Part shown: piece after piece, positions 35,689-49,223 of the stretch
How the letters are laid out: every line of letters begins with the position of its first letter
Position numbering within the stretch: position 1 is the stretch's first letter
DNA from: Elsinoe ampelina
Taxonomy: Eukaryota
Length of the DNA stretch: 64,000 nt
Assembly (NCBI GenBank): GCA_010093995.1
Contig: ML992505.1
Span: 1,009,147-1,073,146, forward strand
Direction of reading: 5' to 3'
Program-made: the position numbers and the translations under genes
The notes under the pieces: model-generated
What the model saw: the letters and a program-made list of their open reading frames with translations, nothing else
What the model was told of the DNA's origin: nothing
The model's database searches: none

Positions 35689-38600
35689 TTTAATACGAGA
35701 TAGATACAAACTAGATTTAGTTAGAATTTAGTTTAGATTAGTTATATAATCTTAGTATTATAGCTTAGACTTCTAGCTACTTTACTCTTAATATTATATA
35801 TACTTTATATACTAGCTTTCTTCTTCTTCTTCTAAGTCTTAATATTTTAATAAATAGACGTAATTAACCTCTTATCTTACTAGTTATAATTACTATATCG
35901 AGACTTCGAAACAACTACGACTAAGTAATAGAGCTATTAAATTATCTAGTTATTCTACTACTTATATAACTACTAATAACTACTACTTATAAAGAACTAA
36001 AGAATTAAAGAAGAAGCTATTATAACTATAGTTCCTATATATACTATAATAGATCCTCGCTACTACTATATAAGTTAATACTATAAACCTTAAAGATATA
36101 AGAAGAAGATAATAAGTTAAGTTATAGATAACTCTTAAAGAAAGTAGGCTACTAGCTAAAATTTTTAATATTCTCTTTATTATATATTAACTTTTTATAC
36201 TATTTATTTATAACTAACTACGCTAAGTATAGCTTACTCTAACTATAGTAAAGACAATTATTATATAAGTAAGATTCCTCTACCTCTTACTAATAATAAT
36301 AATAAACTAGTTTAATTATTCTATTATAACCTTATTTACCTTAATAACTCTAACCTAAAGAAGAGATTATAAGAGTTAGATAATATAATTACTCTATATA
36401 AGGCCTTTATCTTTATTAAGTCTATCTATAATAAATAGGTTACTATATATAACTTAGTATATTTCGATACTCTTAATCTATATAACTAGTTAAATAATAT
36501 TCTTATTAAACTAGATATAGCTAATAGTACTACTAATAATCTTACTACCTAAGCTACGCGCTACCTTACTAATATTAGTAAACTTAAAACCGAACTAGCC
36601 TAGCTAAGAGCCGAGATAGAATATACTATACTAGCCTCTTCTATACGTAGCGTTATATTATTAGAGAAGATACTAGACTCTACTATCTTCTCTAGTAGTA
36701 CTCTAGAATAGTTTAAGGTCTTTAAATATTAAATAAAGAATAAGATATATACTAACGCTAACTACTTTTCTACTAAGGCTATCTAGTTTACTTACTTATA
36801 GTTATACCTCTCTAGTAAAGTATATACTCTTATTATAGATACTACTAGTAATAATACTATTAGTATCGATAAGACTTTTACTCTCCTAGCCTAATACTTT
36901 AAGGACTCTAACTATAAGGCTATAGTATATACTTAGTTCGCTAGTCTCTTCTAGTATAATACCTTCTTTAACTTCTTTATTAGTAAGTTTAATAAGTATG
37001 TCTTTTATACTAAGATTACTAAAGATAAATAGCTTTACTAGCTTTAGTAGAAGATATCTAGTAAGCTACGTACTACCCTTATTAACTTTAATACTAATAG
37101 CCTCTTTACCTTTATTATAAAGACTTATACTACTAATTATAATATCTAGTAGAGTAACCTTATTACTAAGTATACCTAGGCTTTATACTCTAGCCTAGCT
37201 ATAAGCTACGCTACTACTACTTCTACTTATATATCTTATTCTACCTTTATACCTACTACTCTAGCTACCTTTTACTCTATTACTAGAGGCGCTCTATAGC
37301 CTTTCTATCTAACTTAGGCACTTACCTACTATATATATAGTAAACCTAGCTATATCTCTACTAAGTGTATAGCTAGTACTTTAGAGAAGACTACTTACGC
37401 CGCTATATACTCTATATATATTAGTACTATAGAGAAGATATAGTAGCTCTAGAATTGCTTAACTAAGTTAAGTAACTAAGTTAATACTAGTTCGGCTTAT
37501 AAACTAGATCTAATTTAGCCTTAGTTTAACCCCGAAATAGACTATAAACCTACTAGTTTCTCTAGCTAGAGAAATAAGTAGCTAGAGAATAAGTTCTATT
37601 CTCTAGTAGAATAAAAGTAATTTAAGATAGATCTAGAGGTATATACTTAATAAATAGCGTTATTAGCTACTATATCTCTACTATTATAACTTCTATTACT
37701 ATTTGTAATCTCTATAACCGCTCGCGTACTATTATACTTTAAGCCTTTATTAATACTAGCGCGCTTATTAGCGCTATAGTTAATTATAACATCCTTAATA
37801 AGCTAAAGAGCTTTAGCTACTCTATAGTACTAGCTAGTCCTATTTAGCTTTAAGCCTATAATAGTGTTCTAATAGAGTAAGTTATATATAGTATTTCCCT
37901 TACTACTACTATTTCTAGTAAGCTAAATAACCTTACTACCTTTCGTATTATAGATATTAGCTAATTTAATATTATTCTTAGCCTTAGCTAGCTTAAGGCT
38001 AATAGGGCTACTATTAACTATAAGTATAGCTAAGTTATATATAAAGAAGAGTTTTCGCTAATAGTTATTAAGTAGAAGCTACTATAGCTAATTAAAAGGC
38101 TAGAATCTAGATCTAAGCTAGGCTTAGATCTAGAAATCTAGCTTAGTAAAGCTACCGTTCTAGTTTAGAATTAGTTCGGTCCTAGTTTAATATATAAACT
38201 AGTATAACTATTAGGGTAGGGTTAGCCCCTTTAGGTTTAGTACCGCACTAGAGTTTAGGTCGGCCTCTAGCCGGCGTAGTACCGCTAAGGGCTTAGTAGT
38301 ACTAGTACTAGCTCTACACCGTAGCTATAATAGTACTACACTAGTACTAGGTATAGGTCGAGTCGTATATATTCTAGACGTAGTATAGTACTAGGTTAGG
38401 TTAGTAGATAAGTAGTATAGTGCTATTAAGTCCTTAGCGTACCCTTACTAGTACTATACTAGAGTTACTATTCTTATAGTAAATTCTTATAGTAACTACT
38501 ATATTCTATAACTCTTATTACTTTTCCGCTCTAAACGCTTAAAGTTATAGTAGGTAAAGGATACTAGAGAGAAGTAAAAGTTATTAATTATTAACTCTTA

Positions 38601-40059
38601 TATATAATTACGACCTAATAGTAATTTGTAGAAGATTAACCTAATTAACATTATCTATATAACCCCTACGAGCCTATTTTATATACTTAGCTAGTAAGCT
38701 ATATACTACCTAGAACTAATACCTTATTATCTTATTATCTACTTTATCCGGAGGATATTCTATTCTTAGTAAGTTTACCCTTATATAAATTATAACTCTT
38801 AACTAGTAAACTAGAGTACTAAAGCTATTAGGCAGAGTCTAAGACTAGAATAATTAGTTCTAGGTAGTTTAGCCTTTCTACTAACTTATAGTATAGTTAC
38901 GAATTACCTTAATACTATTAGATTACTAGTTAATAGTAAGTATAAGGCCGTCTAGGGCCTTAATCTCTACTTAAAGGTTATTAATAAATTTATAGTAAGT
39001 AATATTAGCCTAACAAATAATAGAGAGGCAAGTAGTAGACATAGTAGTAGATTTGCTTAAATTCTAGTAACTATTAGTATAAGTTATACTATAGTAACGT
39101 AAAGGTATACTAGATAGTTATTTAAATGTTTCTAAGGAGAGAAAGAAGTAACTTAGCTAATAATCTACTTATATTCCTTAGTATAATAATAGCTATTATT
39201 CGATAATAGCTATTATTAGTATTATTGTTTTTTTATAATAGATAATAGCTATTATCTATATTATTGTTCTTATAATAGGTAATGCTAGATATATATACCT
39301 TTTAGTTACTATTTCTTCTTCTTCCTCTTAAACCTCTCTTTCTTGTCGTTTAATACCTTCTTCTATAATGTCTCCTTCTTATGCTTAACTCTACTCTAAC
39401 CTAGTAGATCTAATTCCCTTTTAGCCTTATAAGACAACTCCTAGTAACTACGCTAGGCCCTTATACCTACGTTAGTATAAAGCCTATATCCGCCGTATAA
39501 CTCTTATATATCTTAACTTTAATAACAACTACAAAATCTAAGCTAAATATATCTATAATAACTATAGAGGTTCGGTACTTCGCTATAAAGCCTACTATAC
39601 TTACGATACTCCTTACGACTTTATAGGTATTTCTAATCTAATCTTTCTCTATAATCTAACGAATATTAGTATAATATCTTATAGACTAATAATATCTTCG
39701 ACCTAATCGACATATAGCGTACTATTAATTGTCTTATTCTTAATAGAAGAGTAGATCTACTCTTACTCTTTACTATATACTATAATATTAAACGTAAGTA
39801 GGAGAAGTTAGATTACGTTAATAATAGTAATAATAGTGTTTCTTCCGATAACTAATCTAATTAAGGTAGCATAGTTAAAGCGTTAGCGGGCTAATAGCTT
39901 TAGATAGTTATTAATAATATAGACTTACACTTTATAAAGACTTAATTGCGTTACCTCTTCCTATAAGTAACTAAAATTAACTATAACAATAGCGTATATA
40001 AGCTCTTAAAGTAGAAGTATTTATATTACCTCTAGCTATACTAGTAGTTATATTACTAC

Positions 40060-40460
40060 CCTAGGTAGCACTATTAGTACTAGCGGTAGAAGTATCTCCC
40101 TCGTTATTCTCTTTACTATTAGTATTATTCTAGAAAGTAACCTAACTATTATTAGGCTTAAACCTAGTAAGGAAGTTAGAAGTATAATAAGGTAGATATT
40201 AGTAATAGCGTAGAGAGTAGCATTAGTAATAAGTTAGCTAAGGTCGTAGGTACTATAGTAGAGATAGTTATCAAGGTTAATAATAAGAAAAGTAGCGCAG
40301 AGATTAGTTATAGCTTTAGCCTTTATATTATAGTTAATCTATATAATTTCCTTATTAATGTTTTTATAAGCGGATCTAGTATAACTAATATAGATACAAA
40401 TATAGTTATATTAAAGATACTAGCGAGTAAGGGAATAAGCTTCCTTAAGGTAGCTAACAA
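40060..40460 (-). pseudogene. Captured DEAD-box RNA helicase-like fragments (Ded1-related) inside the hAT element
   Basis: De-RIP readings Y.KEA..LARQYL..D...I.IGRAGSAHENV...WV...K..A..DL (~40300-40455) and PDFL..FKPDDGQV.F.DDTDGEE....WG (~40060-40185). Confidence 0.45.
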
Positions 40461-40601
40461 AGAGAGACTATTAGTATTAGTAGGTAGAATTATATATAGT
40501 AATAGGGAAGATATACGCGGAAGTACTTTAGAGTAAGTATTAGTATAGATACTATAAGAGCATTATTGCTCGGAGGCTATTAACTAGATACGCTTAGAAT
40601 A

Positions 40602-43160
40602 CTAGCCTCTAACCTTAGTAACGTTATATAGTAGATCTTCGTCCTTATTATACTCTTCTTCCTTGTTAACCTCTTTATTACTTAAACTATAGGTAGTAAT
40701 ATCTCTAAAGTTATTACTTATACTATCTATTCTACTATTAGTATTATTATTAGCGGTAGTAAAATTATCTATCTTAGCCGATTAGATGTTTTAAAGATTA
40801 TTTTCTACTAGCTTAGAGACTATAATTTATTAAATTATCTACGGAAGTAGTCTATACCTTCGATTACTAATAACATTCTTTACTATATTAAAAACATATT
40901 TAATACCTACACTAGCGATTAGTATTATAAGAACATTACGAGTAATACAAGCTAGTTATAGAAATAAGTACTTATTTTCTTTCTACTAAGAAAGAATATT
41001 AAATTCTAATATTTCCTATATAGGCGGAGTCCTAAGGTAATTCTCCTCTTCTATCCTCGTTATATAGATATTACTCTACCCTTACGAAAGTGTATTATCT
41101 TAGCTAGATACTAAAGGTATAAAGCTACTTCCTATATTTAATAAGGAAGGCTTCTTAAACTAGTAAGTAATAGATAAGGCTAGTAGAGGAGGTAGGAGAG
41201 TAGTTTAAGAAGAGTAGTTATTATTATAGCGATTAAGGTAGTTAAGGAACTATTTATAGTAAAGCGATTTAAAATGTAGTTCCTATAAAGTATACTTATA
41301 TATACTAAGTTTCTAAGTTAGATCTAAGATTATGCTATAATTAAATAGGAAACTTTAACCTCTACTTATTCGCTTATAATACTTAGAAAGCTTAGTATAA
41401 CTAGCTTTTACTACATTTTATATAACTAATAGCTAGTCTAAGTTATTATTCTCTTCCTAAGTAGACTTAACTATATTAAGGAAGTTAAAAAGAGTATTAT
41501 ATATAAGCTATATATATTGTACTAATAGCGTATAAGACTAACTTAGCTAGTTAGTTACATTCTTAAAATTCTCTAGTATTCGGACGACAATCTTTAGATA
41601 TACCTATTTAGTATAGCCGAGGTAAAGGCGTTTTATATCTACGCGATCGATAGATACTATATCTTAATTAGCTAGCGCTTTATTAGTTTAGGGCTTATAT
41701 ATAATTATAATCTCTATATTAAGCTATTTGTCGATAATTAGTTAAAGTTTAATAGCTCGCTTATATATATTATACGTCGAGTTCTAATAGGTATAAACGT
41801 CCTAAACGACTAAGAGTTATTTACAAGGAGGTAGATATACTTAAAGGGATTTAAAGTATTAGTAGCGTTAAGGGGATTAGTTAATTATAATACAAATCGT
41901 ATAGAGCTTTAAAATTAGTTAAAAAACTATAAGAAAGAACTATAAGAAATATAACTTACTTTATAGAGGGAATTTAGAACTAATAGAGTTATTTAGATAT
42001 TATAGAGATACTACTTCTCGAGCTTATTAGCTTTCTTATTGTCCTTAGTAGTTTTTAGCTATAGAGCTTAAATAATATCTTATATAATAAGATTAATTAT
42101 ATAGGCTAGATATAGAATTATATTTTCGATAGAGGACTAGTATATACTCTTCTTCTTAAGACCTTATTATATTTTAGATTATAGAGTATTATTATTACTT
42201 ATATTATTCGCTATAATAGCGAGAAGATATATATTAATCTTTTTTTTATTTAGAACTCTTAGTAGTTCTATACTAAGCGTAACTCTAGTATACCGTCTAC
42301 TAATTAGTATAAAATCTAGTAGGTACTTACGTACTTACTAGTTATTGTTAATATAGTATACCTTTATAGCTATAAAACTTAGATAGTTATTTATAGACTA
42401 GCTGTCTAGTATAATTAAAACTTTTATCTAACTACTAAGATTAGTAAGAAGATTAGACTAAATGTCCTTATAGTGCTCTTTTAATAGCCCTAAGGCTTAC
42501 GTCCGACCTAGAATATTAATATATAGCTAGAGGAAATTTATAAATTAGAGAAAGGAGAAATTATTAACTATTCGGAATAACTAATTATAATTAATAAGGA
42601 CCTTAATAAGCTCTTTTTTAAATTATTCTAGGGAGAATTATAGTATATAGGATATAGTACTAGTAGCATTTACTTTTAATTACGTTAGAGCTATCTAAGC
42701 TACTAATTATTTATAGCTAGGAGATTTTATATTCTAGTAGCTTTAGCATCCGAGATGTTTTATTAGGTGTTTATTACTAATTAAGTTCGTTATTAGGTAT
42801 TATAAAGCTCTACTATAGCAGAGATAATACATAAGAGGTGTTCTATTAGTAAGCTTAGTACCTTTATTAAAGTTAGCCTAAATAACTCTATAGCGAGTTA
42901 TAGAATTCTAGTTTAGTAGGTTTTGTATTTCGCTAACTCTTAATTTACTACCTATTAATGTTATAGGCTACTATGTTTTTTAGGCTTATATAGCTAGCTA
43001 TTCTTTAAGTAGTATATCTAGTTAGTAGAGTAGATAGCTAATAATTTTAATAGTTTTATAGAATTAAGTAGAGGATAGATTATTCTAGTAATTAATATAG
43101 AACTCTTTAAGCTTGTAAGGGAGAGGTAGTAGTAGTATAATAACTTCTAAGAGTATCTAT
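40602..43160 (-). pseudogene. hAT transposase (BED finger, DDE, hATC dimerisation domain), RIP-inactivated
   Basis: De-RIP motifs YCLC...H....KHL (~42800), LDSWS (~42405), AITADNASNN (~42200), QDV.TRWNSTY.M..RAI.L (~41790), KAGY.KLSKYY (~41395), ILSWWKEN...FP.LA..ARDVL.IP.AGVG.ER.F (~40880-41000). Confidence 0.9.
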
Positions 43161-43299
43161 AGTTAAGAATCGATCGAGTCTTTATTAAATACTAACATTT
43201 TAAGAGTAGAGATATAGAATATTACTAGCTATATAATAAGGAGTAGAAGACTATAAGAATACTCTATAAGAATCCGTTAGCTACTCTTAATTTATAGAT

Positions 43300-44660
43300 T
43301 AAAAATTTTTTAATAGTATAGAACTAGAAAGCTACTAAAACTATAGTCTAATTTTCCTAACTTAAGGTTAATCTATTTATTCTTATCTATATTGTCCTTA
43401 CCTTTACTCTCCTTATTATTATTATTACTCTTATCTATTACCTTATTATTATCTTTATTCTAATTCTCTTTATTAGAATTATTAAAGTCCTTAGTAGTAA
43501 CTACCTTATAGTATATTTTAGCTACTTTCTTAGTCTTATACTTGTTAGGTTTCTTATTAAGGAGGTTCTTAATCTTAGAGTTATTCTTAACTTCTTCTTT
43601 AACCTTATTATTACTATACTTAATATAGTAATTATTAGATTTAAGTAAAATATTATTATTCTTATACTTAAATTCTAATTCAAAAGTAGGTTTATATTTG
43701 CTTTAATAGATTAGTATATAACTATAAGAAACAACTATAAGAAATAATATATACTTAATTATCTACCTATACTACTTAGAGTTTAGTAGGTATTATATTC
43801 TTAATAAACTTCTTAAACTTAGCTTAGTTACTATCGTTATAGTTACTAGTATTATATAGTAAGTTAACGCTATTATAGTAGATCTTATAGGTCTATTTCT
43901 TAAGAATTCTACTAGTACTAAGAAGACGTTTTACTTAGTAATTTAGAAATATATTTATCTCGTTATAGAGCACCTTCTTTATATAATTAGCAAGGAGTTA
44001 CTTATAGTAAAGAAGAGTATTAGCTTTATAAATACTACTCTATTTTTAGTAGATAGATATAAACTTATCCTCTAACTATTCCCCTATATAGAATTAGTAG
44101 ATATACTATAAGAATATACTATAAGAAATATACTACTCTACTAGGTATAATAGCAAGTCTCTACTATCTTCTTATATACTATATTAAAGGTAACTTCTTT
44201 CTCCTTATCGAATATTACTTAAAATTTCTTAGAGTTTTTAAGTTTTACCTTAAATATATATTTTATAGAGTAATTAGTATTACTAGTAGTAGTAAGGGCT
44301 TTCTCTTCTATACTAGCTTATATAGCGTAATCTCTTTACTAAATAGCTTACTAGGTATTACTAAGCTATACTTTCTACTATAGAATTCTAAGGGGGCAGC
44401 TATAGTAAGAAGTTCTAGTATTCTAAAAGCGATTTTTAATCTAGTATTTAATCTTATTAGCCTCGGAATTAAAACTCTATAGTCTAGTTAGTATTTAACT
44501 ATAAGAAGTATCTATAAGAATTACTTCTATTATAGCAAGAATTACTTCCTTTTTCTTAGTTATTTCTTTAGTCTTAATTACTAAAGTATTAGTTATCTCT
44601 TTCTCTTTACTAAAGGTTTACTAATCTATAGAATTAGTAGATATTATAGATTAAGAATTA
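43300..44660 (-). pseudogene. Unknown intron-containing gene with acidic C-terminal tract, inside the hAT element
   Basis: Long codon-like frames separated by CTAAY...TAG intron-like ends. The C-terminus reads as N/K runs, consistent with RIP-converted D/E (43380-43500). Boundaries approximate. Confidence 0.4.
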
Positions 44661-45020
44661 GTAGTAATTTATAAGAGAAGGTAGAATATTAAGTATAATA
44701 GGGAGCGAGATATAAGATATAAGTTTTATAAGAAGAAGATAAGGAGAAAAGGATTTAGTATTCCTTATACGTATAGTAAATAGAGTAGCTAGAAATATAA
44801 GTAATAATAGGTATTAATCCTATTATTATACTAATATAAAGTTGTTAATATTATTAATATAAAGTCGTTATAGTAGAGAATAACAATATAAAATTTATAT
44901 TCTATATACTATTATAAATTCCTTAATAAGGCTTAATATCTTACTCTTAGTATTTTCGCCTTACTCTTCTTTACCTTTATAAACAAATTTTAACAATTAA
45001 TTTAATAAATTTATATAGCT

Positions 45021-45602
45021 ATAGCTCGTAAGAAGCAAGTAACACCTCTAAAAAGAGTAAAGCTAAGAAAGTAAGGCGCTAAGAAAACTACTACTAAAAA
45101 GCCTACTATAGGTAGTTACGTAATAAAATTTAGACTAGCATTAACTAGATAAATTCGCTAGGCGAAGAGCTATAGGTTTAAGCTAGGTAGTTAATTTCTT
45201 ATAGTAAATTCTTATAGTCTTATATCTAATATAGTATAGCTATTACTCTCTAAGAGATTTATTACTACTAGAAGATAACTAAACTTCTTATATATAAGCT
45301 TCTCTTCTCCTATGTTATTTATAACATTACGTAAGATATTAAGTTAACGCTTATAAATAGAGATTTACGCTTTACGCTAGATACTATTAAGTATCTCTAG
45401 GAAGTAAGTAAGATAATACTAGTAGAATATTTCGAAGGTATATTAACTATATATTTAGAATATATAATACCTTATACTAACAACTATAGTAGACTATAAT
45501 CTTAACACTATCTATACTAAGTATTATACTATTATATAGAAAGACTCTTAGCTTACTAGAAAATATTATAATAAGTACTACCTACTTACTTTCTCTAATT
45601 AG
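45021..45602 (+). pseudogene. Histone H3-like gene inside the hAT element (introns 45190-45239 and 45438-45492), RIP-inactivated
   Basis: De-RIP: MARKKQ...KPRKQ...[35 protein letters not shown].QDI......DLRFT..AI..LQEASE..LVEYFE|D.NLNAIHAKR.TIMQKDSQLARK. Collinear with the H3 histone fold. Confidence 0.9.
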
Positions 45603-46362
45603 TAAGACCTCTCCTCTATAATACTATAAGAATAGACTATAAGAAATAGGTAGGTTTATTTTTATATAGACTAGACTATTAAATTTCCTTTCTATAGACT
45701 TATTATAATACTAAAGTATAGTATAGTAGCTATAGTCGCCTTAAAGCCTAACTAAGGTATAGTACTATAACGTAGTATAATACTAGGATTTAACCCTAGT
45801 ACTAATTCGATATAGTACTATCGTAGTATAGTATAGCGCTATTATAGTATAGTGCTATTCTTACTTAACTACGGTGTAGTACTAGTGCTAGTATAGCTCG
45901 GCGTAGTACTAGTACTAGTACTAATATAGTAAAGTACGGAGCTAGTACTATTTAGTTTAGCACTAGGTGCCGACCCGCTAAGAATAGCTCTATACTAGCA
46001 CTAGAGTCGGCCTTCGGCCGCCCTAACTCTACTCTAATAGTTATACTAATATAAACTAGGTTCTAGCTTAGCTACTAAGATAGAGCGAACTAGACTATAT
46101 TAACTACTAGCTCTTAGGTTGAACTTTAAGCTAAATTAGAAAGAGTTTAAGCTAATCTCCTATAGTACTTAGTTAATATATAAGTTCTTCTATATACTTA
46201 CCTACGTAAGTAATACTAAGTAAGAAGAGCTAACTATTACTTTTATTAGCGCTACTACCTTCGTATTAGTAGCTAAATACTAAGAGAATAAGGTGTTTAT
46301 AATCTTAGTAAAGAATATTAAAGATTACTACTAAATAGCTTTTAAGCTAGAACTAGACTCTA

Positions 46363-49223
46363 TATAATACAAGATAGATGCGAACTAGATTTAGTTAGGA
46401 TATAGTTTAGATTAGTTACGTAATCTTAGCATTATAGCTCGAGCTTCTAGCTGCTTTGCTCTCGATATTATATATGCTTTATATACTAGTTTTCTTCTTC
46501 TTTTTCTAAGTCTTAATATCTTAATAAATAGACGTAATTAACCTCTTTTATCTTACTAGTTGTAATTACTATATCGAGACTTTAAAACAACTACGACTAA
46601 GCGATAGAGCTATTAAACTATCTAGTTATTCTACTACTTACGTAACTACTAATAACTACTACTTATAAAGAATTAAAGAATTAAAGAAGAAGCTATTATA
46701 ACTATAGTTCCCGCGTATACTATAATAGATTCTCGCTACTGCTATATAGGTTAATACTATAAACCTTAAAGATATAAGAAGAAGGTAATAAGTCGACTTA
46801 TAGACGACTCTTAAAGAAAGTAGACTACTAGCTAAAAATTTTAATATTCCCTTTATTACGCGCTAATGTTTTATACTGTTTTATTTATAACTAACTATAC
46901 TAAGTATAGCTTAATCTAACTATAGCGACGAAGAGCGCTACTAAAGTAAGCTACCTTAACCTATCCCTAATAATAATAATACTTCTATCTACTCTCTCTA
47001 CTATAATCTTTTTACTCTCTCTAATACTATACTCCTTAAGAAGCTATAGGAAGAGTATAGTATATAGGCACTAAGAGATATATTTAACTATATTAAGTTC
47101 TTCTATAATAAGTAAACTATATAGATAAAAGACACTTATATCGATACTCTCTACTATTACTATAAGTTAAATACTACTTAGGCCTAGCTTAGTAACCTCT
47201 AATCCGAACTAGATATATCTTAGTTCTATACTAACGGCGTTACTACCTAAGCTACTCGCTACCTAGATAAAATCTAAAAGCTTAAGGCTAAGGTAAATTA
47301 ACTAAGAAACGAGATAGAGTATAGTATACTAGCTCTTTCTATACGCGGCCTTACCTTATTAGAAAAGATACTAGACCTTACTATCTTTAGCATAGGTACA
47401 CTAGAGTAGTTCGAGGTCTTTAAGTACTAGATAAGAAATAAGATACGTACTAATATAGATTGTTTCTCTATAAGAGATACCTAGTTTACCTATCTATACT
47501 TATATCTCTCTAGAGAAGCTTATATCCTTATTATAGACTTAGCTAGTAATAATGTTATTAGTGTTAAAGAGGTTCTTACTCTTCTAGCCTAGCGCTTCGA
47601 GGATCCTAACTATAGGGCTACTATATATACTTAGTTCGCTAACCTCTTCTAGCGTAATAGTATATTTAACTCCTTTATTAGCAAGTTTAATAAGTACGCC
47701 CTTTACGCTAAGATTACTAAAGAGGAGTAGCTATACTAGATCTATTAGAAGATATTTAACAAGCTACGTAATACTTTAGTTAACTACGACACTAATAACC
47801 TTACTACCTTTATTACTAAGACCTACGCTACTAACTATAATATCTAATAGAACAATCTTATTACTAAGTATACTTAGGCTTTGTATTCTATGCTAGCTAT
47901 AAGCTACGCCGCTATTATACTTACTTATATACCTTATTCTACCTTCGTACCTATAGCTTTACCTACCTTCTACTCTATTACCGGAGGTACTCTATAGCCT
48001 TTCTATTTAGCTCTAGCACTTACCTATTATATATGTAGTAAGCCTAGACATATCTCTACTAAGTGTATAGCTAGCGCCTTAGAGAAGGCTACTTACGCCG
48101 CTATATGCCCTATATATATTAGCGCCGTAGAGGAGATATAGTAGCTTTAGAATCGCTTAGCTAAATTAAGTAACTAAGTTAATACTAGTTCGGCTTATAA
48201 ACTAGATCTAGTTTAGCTCTAGTTCGACCCTAAAATAAATCATAAGTCTACTAACCTATCTAGCTAGAGAAATAAGTAGCTAAAGAACAAGTCTTATTCT
48301 TTAGTAGAATAAGGGCAATTCGAGATAGATCCGGAGGTATATAGTTACTAAATAGCGTTATTAGCTACTATATCCCCGCTATTATAACTCCTATTACTAT
48401 TTACGATCTCTATAACCGCTCCTATACTATTATACTCTAAGCTTTTATTAATACTAGCGCACTTATTAGCGCCGTAGTTAATTATAATGTTCTTAATAAG
48501 CTAAAGACCTTCGGCTACTCTATAGTACTTACTAGCCCTATTTAACTTTAGGCCTATAATAGAGTTCTAATAGAATAAGTTACTTATAGTATCTCTCTTA
48601 CTACTACTATCTCTAGTAAGCTAAATACCCTTACTACCTTTCGTATTATAGATATTAGCTAATTCGACATTATCCTTAGCCTTAGCTAGCTTAAGGCTAA
48701 CAAGGCTACTATCGATTATAAATATAGCTAAGTTATATATAAAGAAGAGCTTTTACTAGTCGTTATTAAGTAGAAGCTACTATAGCTAATTAAAAGGCTA
48801 GGATCTAGATCTAAGCCCGGCTTAGATCTAGGAATCTAGCTTAGTATAGCTACTACTCTAGTTCGGAACTAGTTCGGTTCTAGTTTAACTTATAAACTAG
48901 GTTCTAGCTCGGCCGCCGAGATAGAATAAACTAGACTATATCGACTACTAGCTCTTAGGTTAAACTTTAAGCTAAATTAGAGAGAGTTTAAGCTAATCTC
49001 CTATAGCACTTAGTTAATATATAAGTTCTTCTATATACTTACCTACGTAAGTAACACTAAGTAAGAAGAGCTAACTATTACTTTTATTAGCGCTACTACC
49101 TTCGTATTAGTAGCTAAATACTAAAAGAATAAGGTGTTTATAATCTTAGTAAAGAATATTAAGGACTACTACTAAATAGCCTCTAAACTAGAACTAGACT
49201 CTATAGTAGTTCTCCTAGAGAAG
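46363..49223 (+). mobile_element. RIP-degraded Ty3/Gypsy copy 2 (same family as copy 1), truncated before RT
   Basis: Starts tataatacaagatag (TGTAATAC-like LTR start). Collinear with 35689-38199 plus 46057-46362, with the same gag, Zn knuckle and protease motifs. Lacks the hAT insertion. Confidence 0.82.

Larger units (their letters stand above)
38200..46048 (-). mobile_element. Complete 7.85-kb hAT DNA transposon with cargo, RIP-inactivated
   Basis: TIR tagtataactattagggtagggttag / ctaactctactctaatagttatacta. 8-bp TSD ATATAAAC at 38192-38199 and 46049-46056. The empty site is visible in Gypsy copy 2 (~48890). Subterminal tagtac-type repeats at both ends. Confidence 0.92.
35689..46362 (+). 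mobile_element. RIP-degraded Ty3/Gypsy copy 1 (LTR, gag, protease): 35689-38199 and 46057-46362, split by the hAT element
   Basis: De-RIP gag EKIPD.TIFSGG...KNKI..N..F, Zn knuckle CYTCGKPGHIS.KC (~37325), aspartic protease AFIDTGALISA (~37745), DIILGLGWL (~37970). Collinear with copy 2. Confidence 0.8.

Noticed and set aside
38210..38240. ttagggtagggttag as a telomeric repeat
   Set aside because: Part of the hAT TIR after RIP; not an array.
38240..38460. tagtac/gtagtact repeats here and at 45720-46010 as a CRISPR-like or satellite array
   Set aside because: Irregular, with no spacers; best explained as hAT subterminal repeats in a eukaryotic genome.
40800..40900. LVIEG.D reading as a DEAD motif
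   Set aside because: The correct frame is the hATC dimerisation domain of the transposase.
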